64,000 bases of DNA, taken from positions 32,499-96,498 of the forward strand of contig JAYZEG010000024.1 in NCBI GenBank assembly GCA_036337435.1, given 5' to 3'. Source of the stretch: Myxococcota bacterium (GTDB taxonomy: Bacteria; Myxococcota_A; Bradymonadia; UBA7976; UBA1532). Below, piece by piece: positions 38,148 through 48,018 of this stretch. Within the stretch, counting starts at the first letter, position 1, and each line of letters starts with the position of its first letter. A program made the translations under genes and the position numbers. The notes below the pieces were generated by a model. The model was not told where the DNA came from, ran no database searches, and saw only the letters and a list, made by a program, of their open reading frames with translations.

Positions 38148-39623
38148 CTATGCCTCCGGTCTTAACAGCGGAAATAGAATAACATCTCTGATGGATGGAC
38201 TGTTGGTCATCAGCATGGTGAGCCGGTCTATACCGATGCCCTCACCTGCTGTTGGGGGTAGCCCAAACTCCAAGGCGCGGACGTAGTCCTCATCCATCGG
38301 ATGAGCTTCATCGTCGCCCCCTTCGCGGTGGGCAACTTGGGCTTCAAATCGAGACAGTTGGTCGGCTGGATCGTTTAATTCGCTGAATGCATTACAGAGC
38401 TCACGACCTGCGATGATGAGCTCGAAACGGTCGACGAGGTCAGCGTTATCGTCTTTCTTACGAGACAATGGGGACACATCCAGCGGGAAATCTGTCACAA
38501 ACGTGGGTTGGATCAATAGGTGTTCAGCAGCGGCTTCAAACACCTCCATCTGCAGGTAGCCGAGTGGAAGTTGGTCAGCCTTTTTTACTTTGAGGCGCGC
38601 AGCAGCTTCAAGGAGAGCCGTGCGGTCGTTAACCTGGTCAGCAGGGACGCCTGCATATTCCGTGAGGCCGTTATAGACCGACAGTCGTCTAAAGGGTTTC
38701 TCAAATGAAATTGTGTGCTCCCCATGCTCGATAGTGTGCGTACCATGCAAATGCATGCATAGGCTGGATAAGAGGTCCTCTGTAAGATCCATTAGGTCTT
38801 CGTAGGTCGCGAATGCTTGGTAGAACTCAAGCATTGTAAATTCGGGGTTATGCCGAGTAGACACGCCCTCATTTCTAAAGCATCGATTAATCTCATAGAC
38901 GCGATGAAATCCACCAACAACCAAACGTTTCAAATTTAATTCGGGCGCGATACGCATGTAGAGAGGCATGTCTAAAGCGTTGTGGTGGGTTAGGAATGGC
39001 CTCGCAGATGCACCTCCGTAGATGGCTTGTAGCATGGGCGTTTCCACCTCGAGAAAATCCATTTCATCGAGATAGTTTCTTATAAATTTAATGATCTCAG
39101 AACGAACCTTGAAGGTTTGCCTGACTTCCGGATTGACCATTAAGTCAACGTAACGCTGTCGATAGCGAGTCGATACGTCAGTGAGCCCATGCCACTTGTC
39201 TGGGAGCGGCCTTATAGACTTCGTCAGAATTCTTAGACTCTCAGCGAGGACAGACAATTCACCATTTCGAGTTTTCATGACCGGCCCGGAGACCCCAATA
39301 AAATCTCCAACGTCCATAAGTGGTAGGAGAGCAAAGTCATCTTCCGATAGAGCATGCTTAAAGCAATTTGCTTGAATTTTTCCTTGTCGGTCATCGATGA
39401 CGATGAAGACCACCTTACCGAACTTTCGAACCGCCCGAACCCGGCCGGCGATCGACACTACATTTTTCTCATTTTCGAGTGTCTCGTTATCCTTTTCACC
39501 ATGCTGTTGGCGAAGCTCTGCCGATAGTGCGCTGACATGAAAATCGTTTGCATATGGATTTTGGCCGCGGTTACGGAGTTCTTCAGCCTTTTCACGGCGC
39601 TCAGCCATAATCTTATTTTCCAT
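38148..39623 (-). CDS. lysS: Lysine--tRNA ligase (class II)
   Basis: RYRQRYVDL, RIAPELNLKRL, FRNEG..HNPEF, GLPPTAGEGIGIDRL. Confidence 0.97.
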   Translation of the reverse strand: MENKIMAERREKAEELRNRGQNPYANDFHVSALSAELRQQHGEKDNETLENEKNVVSIAGRVRAVRKFGKVVFIVIDDRQGKIQANCFKHALSEDDFALLPLMDVGDFIGVSGPVMKTRNGELSVLAESLRILTKSIRPLPDKWHGLTDVSTRYRQRYVDLMVNPEVRQTFKVRSEIIKFIRNYLDEMDFLEVETPMLQAIYGGASARPFLTHHNALDMPLYMRIAPELNLKRLVVGGFHRVYEINRCFRNEGVSTRHNPEFTMLEFYQAFATYEDLMDLTEDLLSSLCMHLHGTHTIEHGEHTISFEKPFRRLSVYNGLTEYAGVPADQVNDRTALLEAAARLKVKKADQLPLGYLQMEVFEAAAEHLLIQPTFVTDFPLDVSPLSRKKDDNADLVDRFELIIAGRELCNAFSELNDPADQLSRFEAQVAHREGGDDEAHPMDEDYVRALEFGLPPTAGEGIGIDRLTMLMTNSPSIRDVILFPLLRPEA

Positions 39624-39762
39624 TGTCTATCTCCTTGAGATTGGGCCATAGGCGGCGCAAGGTAGCCCTAGCTAGGTTCGATTTCAAGGTTACTCTGCCT
39701 TTGAGATAAACAGAGCCGAGTGGACTGAATTCAGAGCGAGCATCGCTCGCCATGACTAACCG

Positions 39763-40879
39763 CTAAGTATTCCCGGAATGCATGATGAGAAATGATTCGA
39801 CCAAACCATCTAAATCACCATCTAAAACACCCCTTGTGTCGCTTGTTTCGTGATTTGTTCGCAGATCTTTAACCATCTGGTACGGATGCAGAACATAGGA
39901 ACGAATTTGGCTTCCAAAATCGATCTTCGCCTTACCAGCGTATAAGGCATCCCTCTCTTCCGTTCGCTTTTCTAATTCTTGCTCGTACAACTTCGCTTTG
40001 AGCAATTTCATGGCTGTTGCTCTGTTTTTATGTTGGCTGCGCTCAGCCTGACAGGCCACAACAATCCCCGTCGGCATGTGTGTCAATCGCACCGCACTAT
40101 CGGTCTTGTTGACATGTTGACCACCCGCACCGCTCGAACGGTACGTATCAGTTCGAATATCTGAATCATTGATTTCGACCTCAATGTCATCATCGATCTC
40201 GGGCAGCACGCTGATGCTGGCGAAGCTTGTATGCCGCCGTTTGTTGCTATCAAAAGGCGAAATACGAACGAGGCGATGCACGCCATTCTCCGCTTTGAAA
40301 TGACCGAATGCATAGTCACCTTCGACTCTAAAAGTCGCACTTTTGATACCGGCTTCGTCGCCCTCCTGCTCGTCGGTCAATTCACAGCGCCAACCTTTTC
40401 GCTCAGCATATCTCAACAGCATTCTGAGAAGCATTGAGGCCCAGTCTTGGCTTTCGGTTCCACCTGCACCCGGATTGACGCTGACGAAGCAGGATGCTTT
40501 GTCATGGGGACCCCCCAGCATCCGAGTAAATTCCATGGCGGCGAGAGCGTTTCGCGCAATCTCCGCAGAGGCATTGGCTTCGCCCAACGCATCATGGTCG
40601 TCTACGGCCATCTCCAGCATGAGTTCGGCGTCATCGATGCCAGTTTGAATCGAGTTCAGCAGGTCGATGGTCTCTTTAAGTTGGGTTCGCTCCCGCAGTA
40701 AATCTTGTGCGCGTTCCTGGTCATTCCAAAATTCTGGCTGAGCGCTGAGGTGGTCGAGCTCGGCAAGGCGTTCAGCTTTTGCAGCAGAGTCAAAGATACC
40801 TCCGGAGTTCCAATAGACGACCCGCTAAGTCTTTTATATCTGCCTGGAGTTCATTAATGGACAACTGTGTTTCGGACAT
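39763..40879 (-). CDS. prfB: Peptide chain release factor 2 with programmed +1 frameshift
   Basis: SPF and GGQ motifs; ATG 40879, 29 codons, then CTT TGA C (40795-40789) preceded by internal SD GGAGG; the +1 frame joins the 39763-40620 ORF. Confidence 0.97.
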
Positions 40880-40991
40880 ACGGACCCCCGGTACGCGATT
40901 TCGATTCCAGTGGAGTCTATTCCGTTGAGTTGACAAGTCAACCGGTCAGCCCACCAAAATCGCGAAAATGAACAGCCTGTCCAAATCTGAT

Positions 40992-41537
40992 TTAGTACCA
41001 GGTCGCAGTGATTGCGAACTTAAGTGAGGATACGTTGTTCGTGTCGAACTGTTGCATCTGATAGGTCGCGCCAAAGCCGACAGCAAGGTCTGCGGATGCA
41101 AAAAACTCGAAGCCCAGTCCACCGCCGACAACGACCCCCGTCTCATCCTGGGACGAGACGTCTGTCTCAATGCCTTGGGTAATTAGGCCACCTTCAGCGC
41201 GTGCATAGAGCCCTTTCTCAATGAAGAAGTTTGCGCCGATGAGCATCTCTGTTGAATTCGTATCGATGTCGATACCGCCCTGCGTATAACTCTGGAACGA
41301 CAAATTGAGTGACCCATCGAGTGTTAATGTATCGCTGACCCCGCCGCCGATCCGACCGCCGAAGACATAGCCGAGGTTTCGTTTCGAGCCTGCAACATCA
41401 GCTTTGAACGATGCACCTCCGAGCGTGGCTCCATAGAAAAGGCCTTTTCTGTCCCGATAGCCATCCAATGCATAGGATTGACCTGCCAGCAGTATGACCA
41501 TCGAAAAAACCGTGATTGAACTGAGAATGCGTGTCAT
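40992..41537 (-). CDS. Small outer-membrane beta-barrel protein
   Basis: Signal peptide ending SYA, about eight amphipathic beta strands, C-terminal TWY. Confidence 0.75.
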   Translation of the reverse strand: MTRILSSITVFSMVILLAGQSYALDGYRDRKGLFYGATLGGASFKADVAGSKRNLGYVFGGRIGGGVSDTLTLDGSLNLSFQSYTQGGIDIDTNSTEMLIGANFFIEKGLYARAEGGLITQGIETDVSSQDETGVVVGGGLGFEFFASADLAVGFGATYQMQQFDTNNVSSLKFAITATWY

Positions 41538-41568
41538 ATCGACCTCCTTGAAGTTACCTGGTGTTTAT

Positions 41569-42975
41569 TCAGCGAATATCTGAAACGTTAACGACGGAAA
41601 TTTGCCCCGGCTTGATTGCTATCTTCCTCATCCGCGCCTGATTTCCGACTCGAACACGCACCAAATGCTCACCCGCATTTAGATGTCCATATGCGAGCCA
41701 AAAGCGTCTCGGCAGTGTTACCCAACTTCGGGTATCTGGGGTATCGGCGGCTGTCATCGCACCCTCGACAGCAAGGCCGATGAGCAGACCTGCGATGCCG
41801 CTATTGGTCAACTTCTTCCCCGCTGCTTCTCCGATTCCGCCCGCGATGGCACGCGTTAAAAGACGCACGATTGCTGCCGCAATCATGCCCGCTTTGTATT
41901 CATCATGATGAGTTTTTGCCGCAACTCCAGCGTCAAAAGCAACGCCAGCGAGTAGGCGCTGGCCTTCGACGTCCGCGCTGACTTGCGTGCCCCGTGATAT
42001 GCCACGGACAAGTTTCGGATAATTGACCCATTTGAGAACCCCTTTTAGTGCGAAGCGTTGAGCCCGGCGTTGGTCCGCAGGCGAGAGCGCACCGCGACGA
42101 TTTGGGTCACTGGACGCGACAATAGCGGCACCAATGGGCAAGCGCTCGGGGATTTTGTAGGGCGTCATGCCCGCCTGAACGATAACGAGCACATACCCGA
42201 TGTCCGACACTGGCTCCTCGTTTTTTGCTGTCCGGAGCCCTGCGAAACGACCGTCTTGGACACGCTTGCGAGACATTAGACTCGCGACGGTCTCCGACAA
42301 CACCGGGACACCGCCGGCGTCAAGGGCATCTCCATAATGCCTGATGGCTTGTTGGGGTTCGCCACCCATCTCAAATGCAATGCCGCAGAGGTAGCTGCCG
42401 AGCGCGAGCATTGATTTGGCCCGATTATCAGTAATCCGCTCGAGATACCGTCGATTGACGAGAAATCGCCGAGCTTCGACCATGGCACCACTGGACTCGC
42501 CTCGGGCGAGATAGTTAATCATATTGACGGTGTTCAAAAGGAGCTTCTCGTAAGGTGCCGCCTTGTAAATCGTCGCATCATCCGAGAACAGGTATTTTGC
42601 AAGCTTACCTGTCGCATCATCCGTTAAGTCGAGTACATCAAGTTGTTTATCTGCGATCTGAAAGTCTCGCGAAGACTCTTTGTATCGGCCGAGTGCTTGG
42701 AGAATCGTTGCGCGTTCAACAAGCAGAAGCGGCGTGTCGGCATTTGGCTTTCGAGGCAGTGCTTCGGCTTTGTCCACGCCCAATGCTTTGTTGGCTTCGG
42801 CCAGTGCATCATTCGGTGCGCTGGTGCCGAGTGCCTTTCGAAGTCCGTCGGTTTTCGCCATATACCCGCCGCACCCGGTGACCAGCAGGGCCAGAAGCAC
42901 GGAGATCACAGAACGCGGGCGTCTCCTCTGGTAAGTACGTGAATCAGCAACAAATCTGACGCGACCGGCCTTCAT
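41569..42975 (-). CDS. TPR-like lipoprotein (COG3014-like), partner of LpoB
   Basis: LLVTGC lipobox, YKAAPYEKLLLN, AMVEARR, DTRSWVTLP. Confidence 0.75.
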   Translation of the reverse strand: MKAGRVRFVADSRTYQRRRPRSVISVLLALLVTGCGGYMAKTDGLRKALGTSAPNDALAEANKALGVDKAEALPRKPNADTPLLLVERATILQALGRYKESSRDFQIADKQLDVLDLTDDATGKLAKYLFSDDATIYKAAPYEKLLLNTVNMINYLARGESSGAMVEARRFLVNRRYLERITDNRAKSMLALGSYLCGIAFEMGGEPQQAIRHYGDALDAGGVPVLSETVASLMSRKRVQDGRFAGLRTAKNEEPVSDIGYVLVIVQAGMTPYKIPERLPIGAAIVASSDPNRRGALSPADQRRAQRFALKGVLKWVNYPKLVRGISRGTQVSADVEGQRLLAGVAFDAGVAAKTHHDEYKAGMIAAAIVRLLTRAIAGGIGEAAGKKLTNSGIAGLLIGLAVEGAMTAADTPDTRSWVTLPRRFWLAYGHLNAGEHLVRVRVGNQARMRKIAIKPGQISVVNVSDIR

Positions 42976-43004
42976 GAATGCTCAGCTCCGACGATACAAA
43001 AAGA

Positions 43005-43616
43005 TCAGTTAATGAGGCCTTTTGTGAGATTGGCTTCATTCTGCCAGCGAACAGCACCCGTCTCGACTTCCAAGACCCGCATGAACAAGAAATATTGTAC
43101 GCGCCGTTCTCTGCCGCTTTTCTCATCGTTCGTATACAGCTTGCCAGTAATGATATATTTGACGCCGATGGCTTTACCAAGTTGTGCTGCGTTGTCGGGG
43201 TCAAATGCAGCCGACTGCTGTTTTTTCATGTTCTCGATCAAACTCAGTTGAGCAGCTTGGTCTATGACTCGGACAAAACCGGAATTCGCCAGTTGCGTCT
43301 CGAACTTCGACAACAGAGTTTTCAGTTCACCGTCGATATGCTCGGTTGTTTGATTGGCGATCTGGCTGATGGACACTGAGGCTTCCTTATCCTCCATCGA
43401 CCATCTCTTCCATTTTCTCATAATGCCGCTTTCTTGGAGGCTTTTGGCATTTTCGTTAAAGAGTCGCTCGAGGTCTTTTTTATCCAGACCGGTTGAAAGG
43501 GCAAAATTATCTAGTTCAGGAACGTCACTTCCGCGCACGAAGGCAGGTTGACCAGAACAGCCGAGGGAAAACAGCAGGCCGATTGCAGCGAAAAGAGAGA
43601 TTATCCGTAGCTTCAT
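43005..43616 (-). CDS. lpoB: Penicillin-binding protein activator LpoB-like lipoprotein
   Basis: SLGC lipobox, IANQTTEHID, AAQLGKAIGVKYIITG, VETGAVRW. Confidence 0.75.
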   Translation of the reverse strand: MKLRIISLFAAIGLLFSLGCSGQPAFVRGSDVPELDNFALSTGLDKKDLERLFNENAKSLQESGIMRKWKRWSMEDKEASVSISQIANQTTEHIDGELKTLLSKFETQLANSGFVRVIDQAAQLSLIENMKKQQSAAFDPDNAAQLGKAIGVKYIITGKLYTNDEKSGRERRVQYFLFMRVLEVETGAVRWQNEANLTKGLIN

Positions 43617-43777
43617 TACTTACTCCTGACACGTAGTGAATTGAGTGACATTATTCAGATGCAGCATAGAGAACAGTTGGGTGTGATCGCAAGAGACGTT
43701 CATAGCCGCTACACATTCAATTCTGTGGGGACTATTTTCTGGGTGCTAAGATTCTTAAACGAGCGTTCCCTTAGGGC

Positions 43778-44968
43778 TTACTTCTTCCCGTTCCCTTTGG
43801 TGTCGCTCGGTGAAGCTTCAACCCCAATTTTATCAAGAACTAAATCTTCGATGGTTTTGCGGCCTATCGCCCAAAGTGCGTCTCTGTCATTACAGCGAGC
43901 GAAGAGCCCGAGCGGGATTCGAAAACCACCTTTGTTCTTGCGGCCGCCACCGTAAGGGCGGCCTGCAGAGTCAGCACCAAACACGGACTTCAACCATCCG
44001 TCAGGGTCGATGGTGACACTGTTGGTTCGCAAAGAACCATCGACAACATCGCCATTGACAATGCCGTAAACGAGAGCGGTTTCAACACCTTCATGACGGA
44101 GAAGGAAGTCAGATGTCTGCGCGATGCCATCTCGGTCTTCTTCGCGTACAAAACCAACACCAGCAAGGAGGAAAGTTCCGAGGATTTGTTTGTTGTTGAG
44201 ACCGCGTTGAATAATTTCCATTGTTCGAGCAGTCACCGATTGTTTGCTGATCAAACGGAGTAGATCATCGTCGATGTAGGGTTGGATGAAGCCTGCTGCC
44301 CAAAAGTCCAACGGGCGTGCGATGAGCAAGTTGTCTGTATCGGTTCGGATCCCATGCATCAAAGCGGTGGCGAGTCGAGCATGTTCTCGACTGCCATGCT
44401 CTAAACCATGCTCGGTTTGAGCGAGATATTCCGCATAGATACTGCTGGTTGCACCCACATCTTCACGAATATCAATATGCTCGGCCTCGATGCCCCCCAA
44501 CGCCTTGTGGTGGTCGACGAATGTGAGAATGGGTGGAGGACTGTCGAGGGTGATAGGCAGATGAGACGTGTTCGTATCCACAAAAGACAGATAGTCGAAG
44601 CCAGACAAGTCCATGTCTTCCCTGTATTGACGCAGGTCAGCATCCAAGCTTTTGACGAGTGCCCTATTTTCGGGATGACTCACCTGATCGAAAAAAACGA
44701 TAGTTGAGTCAATTTCATAGAAACTAGCAAAGTGTCGCTGCGCGATTGCACTGGCGATACTGTCTGGATCCGGGTGCCCCTTAATGACGATGAGCAATCG
44801 ACTGCCTCGGGCACGCTCCAACGCATCGACAAATCGGACAGCCATCTCATTTTTCGGCCGGCTCGATTCGAGTGCGGCTTGGTTGTCGTCGACTGAGCCC
44901 AAATTACCTACTGATACGGCTTTGTGCTCGCCGCTGCTCGTCGTTTTCTGTTTAGACGTCGCTGCCAC
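43778..44968 (-). CDS. DHH-family phosphoesterase (NrnA-like)
   Basis: GHPDPDSIAS, FVDHH, GATSSI, GIRTDT, GSLRT, GGGR. Confidence 0.85.
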   Translation of the reverse strand: MAATSKQKTTSSGEHKAVSVGNLGSVDDNQAALESSRPKNEMAVRFVDALERARGSRLLIVIKGHPDPDSIASAIAQRHFASFYEIDSTIVFFDQVSHPENRALVKSLDADLRQYREDMDLSGFDYLSFVDTNTSHLPITLDSPPPILTFVDHHKALGGIEAEHIDIREDVGATSSIYAEYLAQTEHGLEHGSREHARLATALMHGIRTDTDNLLIARPLDFWAAGFIQPYIDDDLLRLISKQSVTARTMEIIQRGLNNKQILGTFLLAGVGFVREEDRDGIAQTSDFLLRHEGVETALVYGIVNGDVVDGSLRTNSVTIDPDGWLKSVFGADSAGRPYGGGRKNKGGFRIPLGLFARCNDRDALWAIGRKTIEDLVLDKIGVEASPSDTKGNGKK

Positions 44969-45123
44969 AAAGACTCCTTCTCGAGTGGTTATTTGGCAGA
45001 TGCGCTGCTGAACTCGATACAGTCTAGCCCTCGTTATAACGCATTACAAGCGAATGTGCTTAGGGCGAACCGGCCGGATTTCTGCGCCATTTTTGAGCGA
45101 ATGTAAAGAAAATCTTGTCGTGA

Positions 45124-45444
45124 CTAATATCTCGGCACGGATTTATCAACGGTCAAAGACCATGCATCGATACCCCCGTTCAGGTTGAACAGTTGGTCAA
45201 ATCCTTGGGCCGACAGGAACAAAGCGGCATGCATACTTCGAATGCCATGGTGACAGATAACGAGAATTGGCCCCGTCGGGATTTCTGCGAGCCGTCCTTG
45301 GAGTTCTTGGAGCGGAATGAGTTGACTCCCATCGATTTGAGCCAGCTCGAATTCGCTACGCGTTCTCACATCCAATAGACAGAGGCCGGGGGTATCTTCC
45401 ATCAGCTGGGCCGCTTCAACGGCCGATATACCAGTTACGTTCAT
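45124..45444 (-). CDS. Rhodanese-like sulfurtransferase
   Basis: LLDVRT, CHHGIRS, NLNGGIDAWS..VPRY. Confidence 0.9.
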   Translation of the reverse strand: MNVTGISAVEAAQLMEDTPGLCLLDVRTRSEFELAQIDGSQLIPLQELQGRLAEIPTGPILVICHHGIRSMHAALFLSAQGFDQLFNLNGGIDAWSLTVDKSVPRY

Positions 45445-45454
45445 TGGCTCTCAT

Positions 45455-46033
45455 TCACTCCATGGATTCGTGAACGGTCGAACGTGTCGCTAAAAACTCA
45501 TATCGGTTCTGAAGCGTACCTTGGCTCGCATGAGTGACAATTCGAGTACCGCGAGGTTCGCGACCTCGCAGCATGAAACAAAGATGCTGAGCTGTGATCC
45601 GAACACAGGCTCCTTGGGCGTTTAAGTGCTTCATGAGTGCATCGGAAATCGCGGTCGTCAGTTCTTCTTGTAGCGCCAGGCGTCTCGATAGCGTCGCAAC
45701 CAACTTTTCGATGGTGCCAAGCCCCACAATTCGACCATTCGGGTCGTACCCGATGTCAACCTGTCCGAAATACGGCACCAAATGGTGAGGGCAGACGCCA
45801 TGAAATGGGATGCCAAGTAAGCTGACAATCGCTCCATTGGTGTCCTCGATATAATCGAGAAAAAGCGATGCGGGATCTGTTTCGTAACCAGACAACAAGT
45901 TCTCTCTCCAGAATTCGGCCACCCGACTTGGTGTTCCTACGATTTCTGGGTTGTCCGTCACACCGAGTGCTTCCAGCATATCCGCAATGGACTGTTCCAA
46001 AGCTGAGGGTGAGTGATCTGGTGGGTTTAACAT
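45455..46033 (-). CDS. folE: GTP cyclohydrolase I
   Basis: GTPSRVA, CPHHLVPYFG, LQEELT, AQHLCFMLRG. Confidence 0.85.
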   Translation of the reverse strand: MLNPPDHSPSALEQSIADMLEALGVTDNPEIVGTPSRVAEFWRENLLSGYETDPASLFLDYIEDTNGAIVSLLGIPFHGVCPHHLVPYFGQVDIGYDPNGRIVGLGTIEKLVATLSRRLALQEELTTAISDALMKHLNAQGACVRITAQHLCFMLRGREPRGTRIVTHASQGTLQNRYEFLATRSTVHESME

Positions 46034-46872
46034 GCGTATTCCAATCGCTTGCGCTCAAGTGCATCTACTGCTGCTCGGGACATGCTGCAGTAGCCAAGAG
46101 TTCGATGGCCCATAGGGGTATGTAAGTCTGAACCGCCCGTCATTAATAAACCGAAGGTCTTTGCAATTGAAATGAGGCGCTTCCGATCCGGACGATTATG
46201 GGCTGGATGTTGAACCTCGATGGCATCCAGGCCTTCATCTATCAGGCGTTTGATCCGAAGAAATGCTTTGTCGACGGCTGCATGTGCAAGGGAAGCGACC
46301 CCACCCGCAGAATGGATCAGGTCAATCGCCGCGCCTGTGCTGATGGTTGACGCCGGCACATAGGCTGGACATCCATCGGCTAAGTAGCGTTCGAATGCAC
46401 TTTGAACTGTGGGTACGTGTTGTGCTTGCACCAGTGCCTTGGCCACATGAGGACGCCCGACGTTCCCAGCGGCGTCATTGATGATGTCCTCTGGATAAAC
46501 GACTTTACCCAGCTTGCACAGCTTGTCGCAAATTTCATAAATGCGTTGGATCCGCTGTTCGGTTTGTCGTTTCAAAACAGCGACTAAATCCTCATTCGTT
46601 TCATCAAATCCGTAGCCCAAGATATGGAGCTCTCGGTCGGCGACGGCACTGATTTCAACACCGGACATCCACTCAATGTTCTCTGTTGAAGCGGCTTCGG
46701 ATAATTCTTCTAAGCCTGATATTGTATCGTGATCGGTCAGGGCGATCATGCCCACACCTTTTTCTTTCGCAAGGTGAACGAGCTGGGTTGGCGTTAAAGA
46801 ACCGTCCGATTCGGTGCTGTGCATGTGAAGATCTGCTTTGAATTGATTGCCTTGAGAGGTCTGCGACATCAT
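46027..46872 (-). CDS. PHP-domain metallophosphoesterase (TrpH/YciV-like)
   Basis: DLHMHSTESDG, ALTDHDT, HILGY, GRPHVA, TGGSDLH. Confidence 0.9.
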   Translation of the reverse strand: MMSQTSQGNQFKADLHMHSTESDGSLTPTQLVHLAKEKGVGMIALTDHDTISGLEELSEAASTENIEWMSGVEISAVADRELHILGYGFDETNEDLVAVLKRQTEQRIQRIYEICDKLCKLGKVVYPEDIINDAAGNVGRPHVAKALVQAQHVPTVQSAFERYLADGCPAYVPASTISTGAAIDLIHSAGGVASLAHAAVDKAFLRIKRLIDEGLDAIEVQHPAHNRPDRKRLISIAKTFGLLMTGGSDLHTPMGHRTLGYCSMSRAAVDALERKRLEYAC

Positions 46873-47028
46873 TGAGCCTTCGTACTGAGAGAGTCACTTC
46901 ACATTGACCTTTCCCTAATGGAAATGTCAGTCTATGAAACAGTGGCTTAGTGTATCACTTTTGTGACCGTCCTGATATTGAATGTCGCAAATATTAAAGG
47001 CGGCACCGATGTTGACTAGGTGAACAAT

Positions 47029-47556
47029 ATGGCTGTTATGAAAATTCTACCGTACCCAAACCCGTTCTTACGACATCGAGCCAAAGACGTCGTCGTTTTT
47101 GATGCCGCACTCGCAAAGTTAGTCTGCGACATGGAAGAGACGATGGCCGAGGAAGATGGCATTGGATTGGCGGCGACCCAGGTCGGTATCGACATGCGGC
47201 TGTTGATTCTGTCCCCTTATGCGTTCGAGGGCGAGGCTGGGGCAGGCAAGCCAAACCTAGTGGTCATCAACCCAGAGATTGTTTGGGAGAGCAGTGAGAG
47301 CGAAGTTGCCGATGAAGGATGTTTGTCGTTTCCTGGTGTCTTCATCCCCGTCCGACGACCGTTGAAGGTGCGCATTCGGGCCAATGACATCAATGGCGAA
47401 GAATACGAGCTTGAAGGTGAGGGGTTGGGAGCCCGGGCAATTCTGCATGAAATCGACCACTTAAACGGCGTCGTCATGGTCGATCATGTATCCTTTTTGA
47501 TCCGGAAGCGGGCACTAAAAAAACATCAAAAAAATCAACAGCTCATAGCCAACTGA
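47029..47556 (+). CDS. def: Peptide deformylase
   Basis: GIGLAATQVG, EGCLSFPG, HEIDHLNG. Confidence 0.96.
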   Translation: MAVMKILPYPNPFLRHRAKDVVVFDAALAKLVCDMEETMAEEDGIGLAATQVGIDMRLLILSPYAFEGEAGAGKPNLVVINPEIVWESSESEVADEGCLSFPGVFIPVRRPLKVRIRANDINGEEYELEGEGLGARAILHEIDHLNGVVMVDHVSFLIRKRALKKHQKNQQLIAN

Positions 47557-47673
47557 ATGGAGCGAGCGAATGCGTTGGTCGCCCCAAATTGACCATGAGG
47601 GCCCCTCCAAATACGGCGCAAGTTGCTTTTTTACCTACATGTAGTATGTTATCCTCAAGCCAAGGGGGATCCA

Positions 47674-48018
47674 GTGAACGAGAGACGACGAGAAGGACGA
47701 AAACCAACGGGTGGTCGAGTGTACCTCACTCATCGCGGTCGTTGCCGAATGGAGACTCTAGTCAATTTGTCGGCGACTGGAATCTGCCTAAAGAGTGATG
47801 TGCGAATCAGCCCCGGTGAGTCTGTCAAACTGTTCTTGCCAATTCAGCACGGCACTGACTGGAGACTGCACATGTTGTTTGGTACTGTCATCCGCCGGCA
47901 GTCGAAGGCACTCCGATCATCAGAATTGGCTGTGGAACTGTCTGAAACACCCACCGATCAGTTAGAGTCTTACCGTCACTTTATTCGGTCTGAGTTTGAT
48001 GATACCAGTGCTCACTGA
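47674..48018 (+). CDS. Stand-alone PilZ-domain protein
   Basis: RxxxR (ERRREGR) and NLSATG (D/NxSxxG) c-di-GMP motifs; GTG start after GGGGGA. Confidence 0.8.
   Translation: MNERRREGRKPTGGRVYLTHRGRCRMETLVNLSATGICLKSDVRISPGESVKLFLPIQHGTDWRLHMLFGTVIRRQSKALRSSELAVELSETPTDQLESYRHFIRSEFDDTSAH

Noticed and set aside
39763..40879. prfB as a pseudogene
   Set aside because: The in-frame TGA lies in the canonical programmed frameshift site
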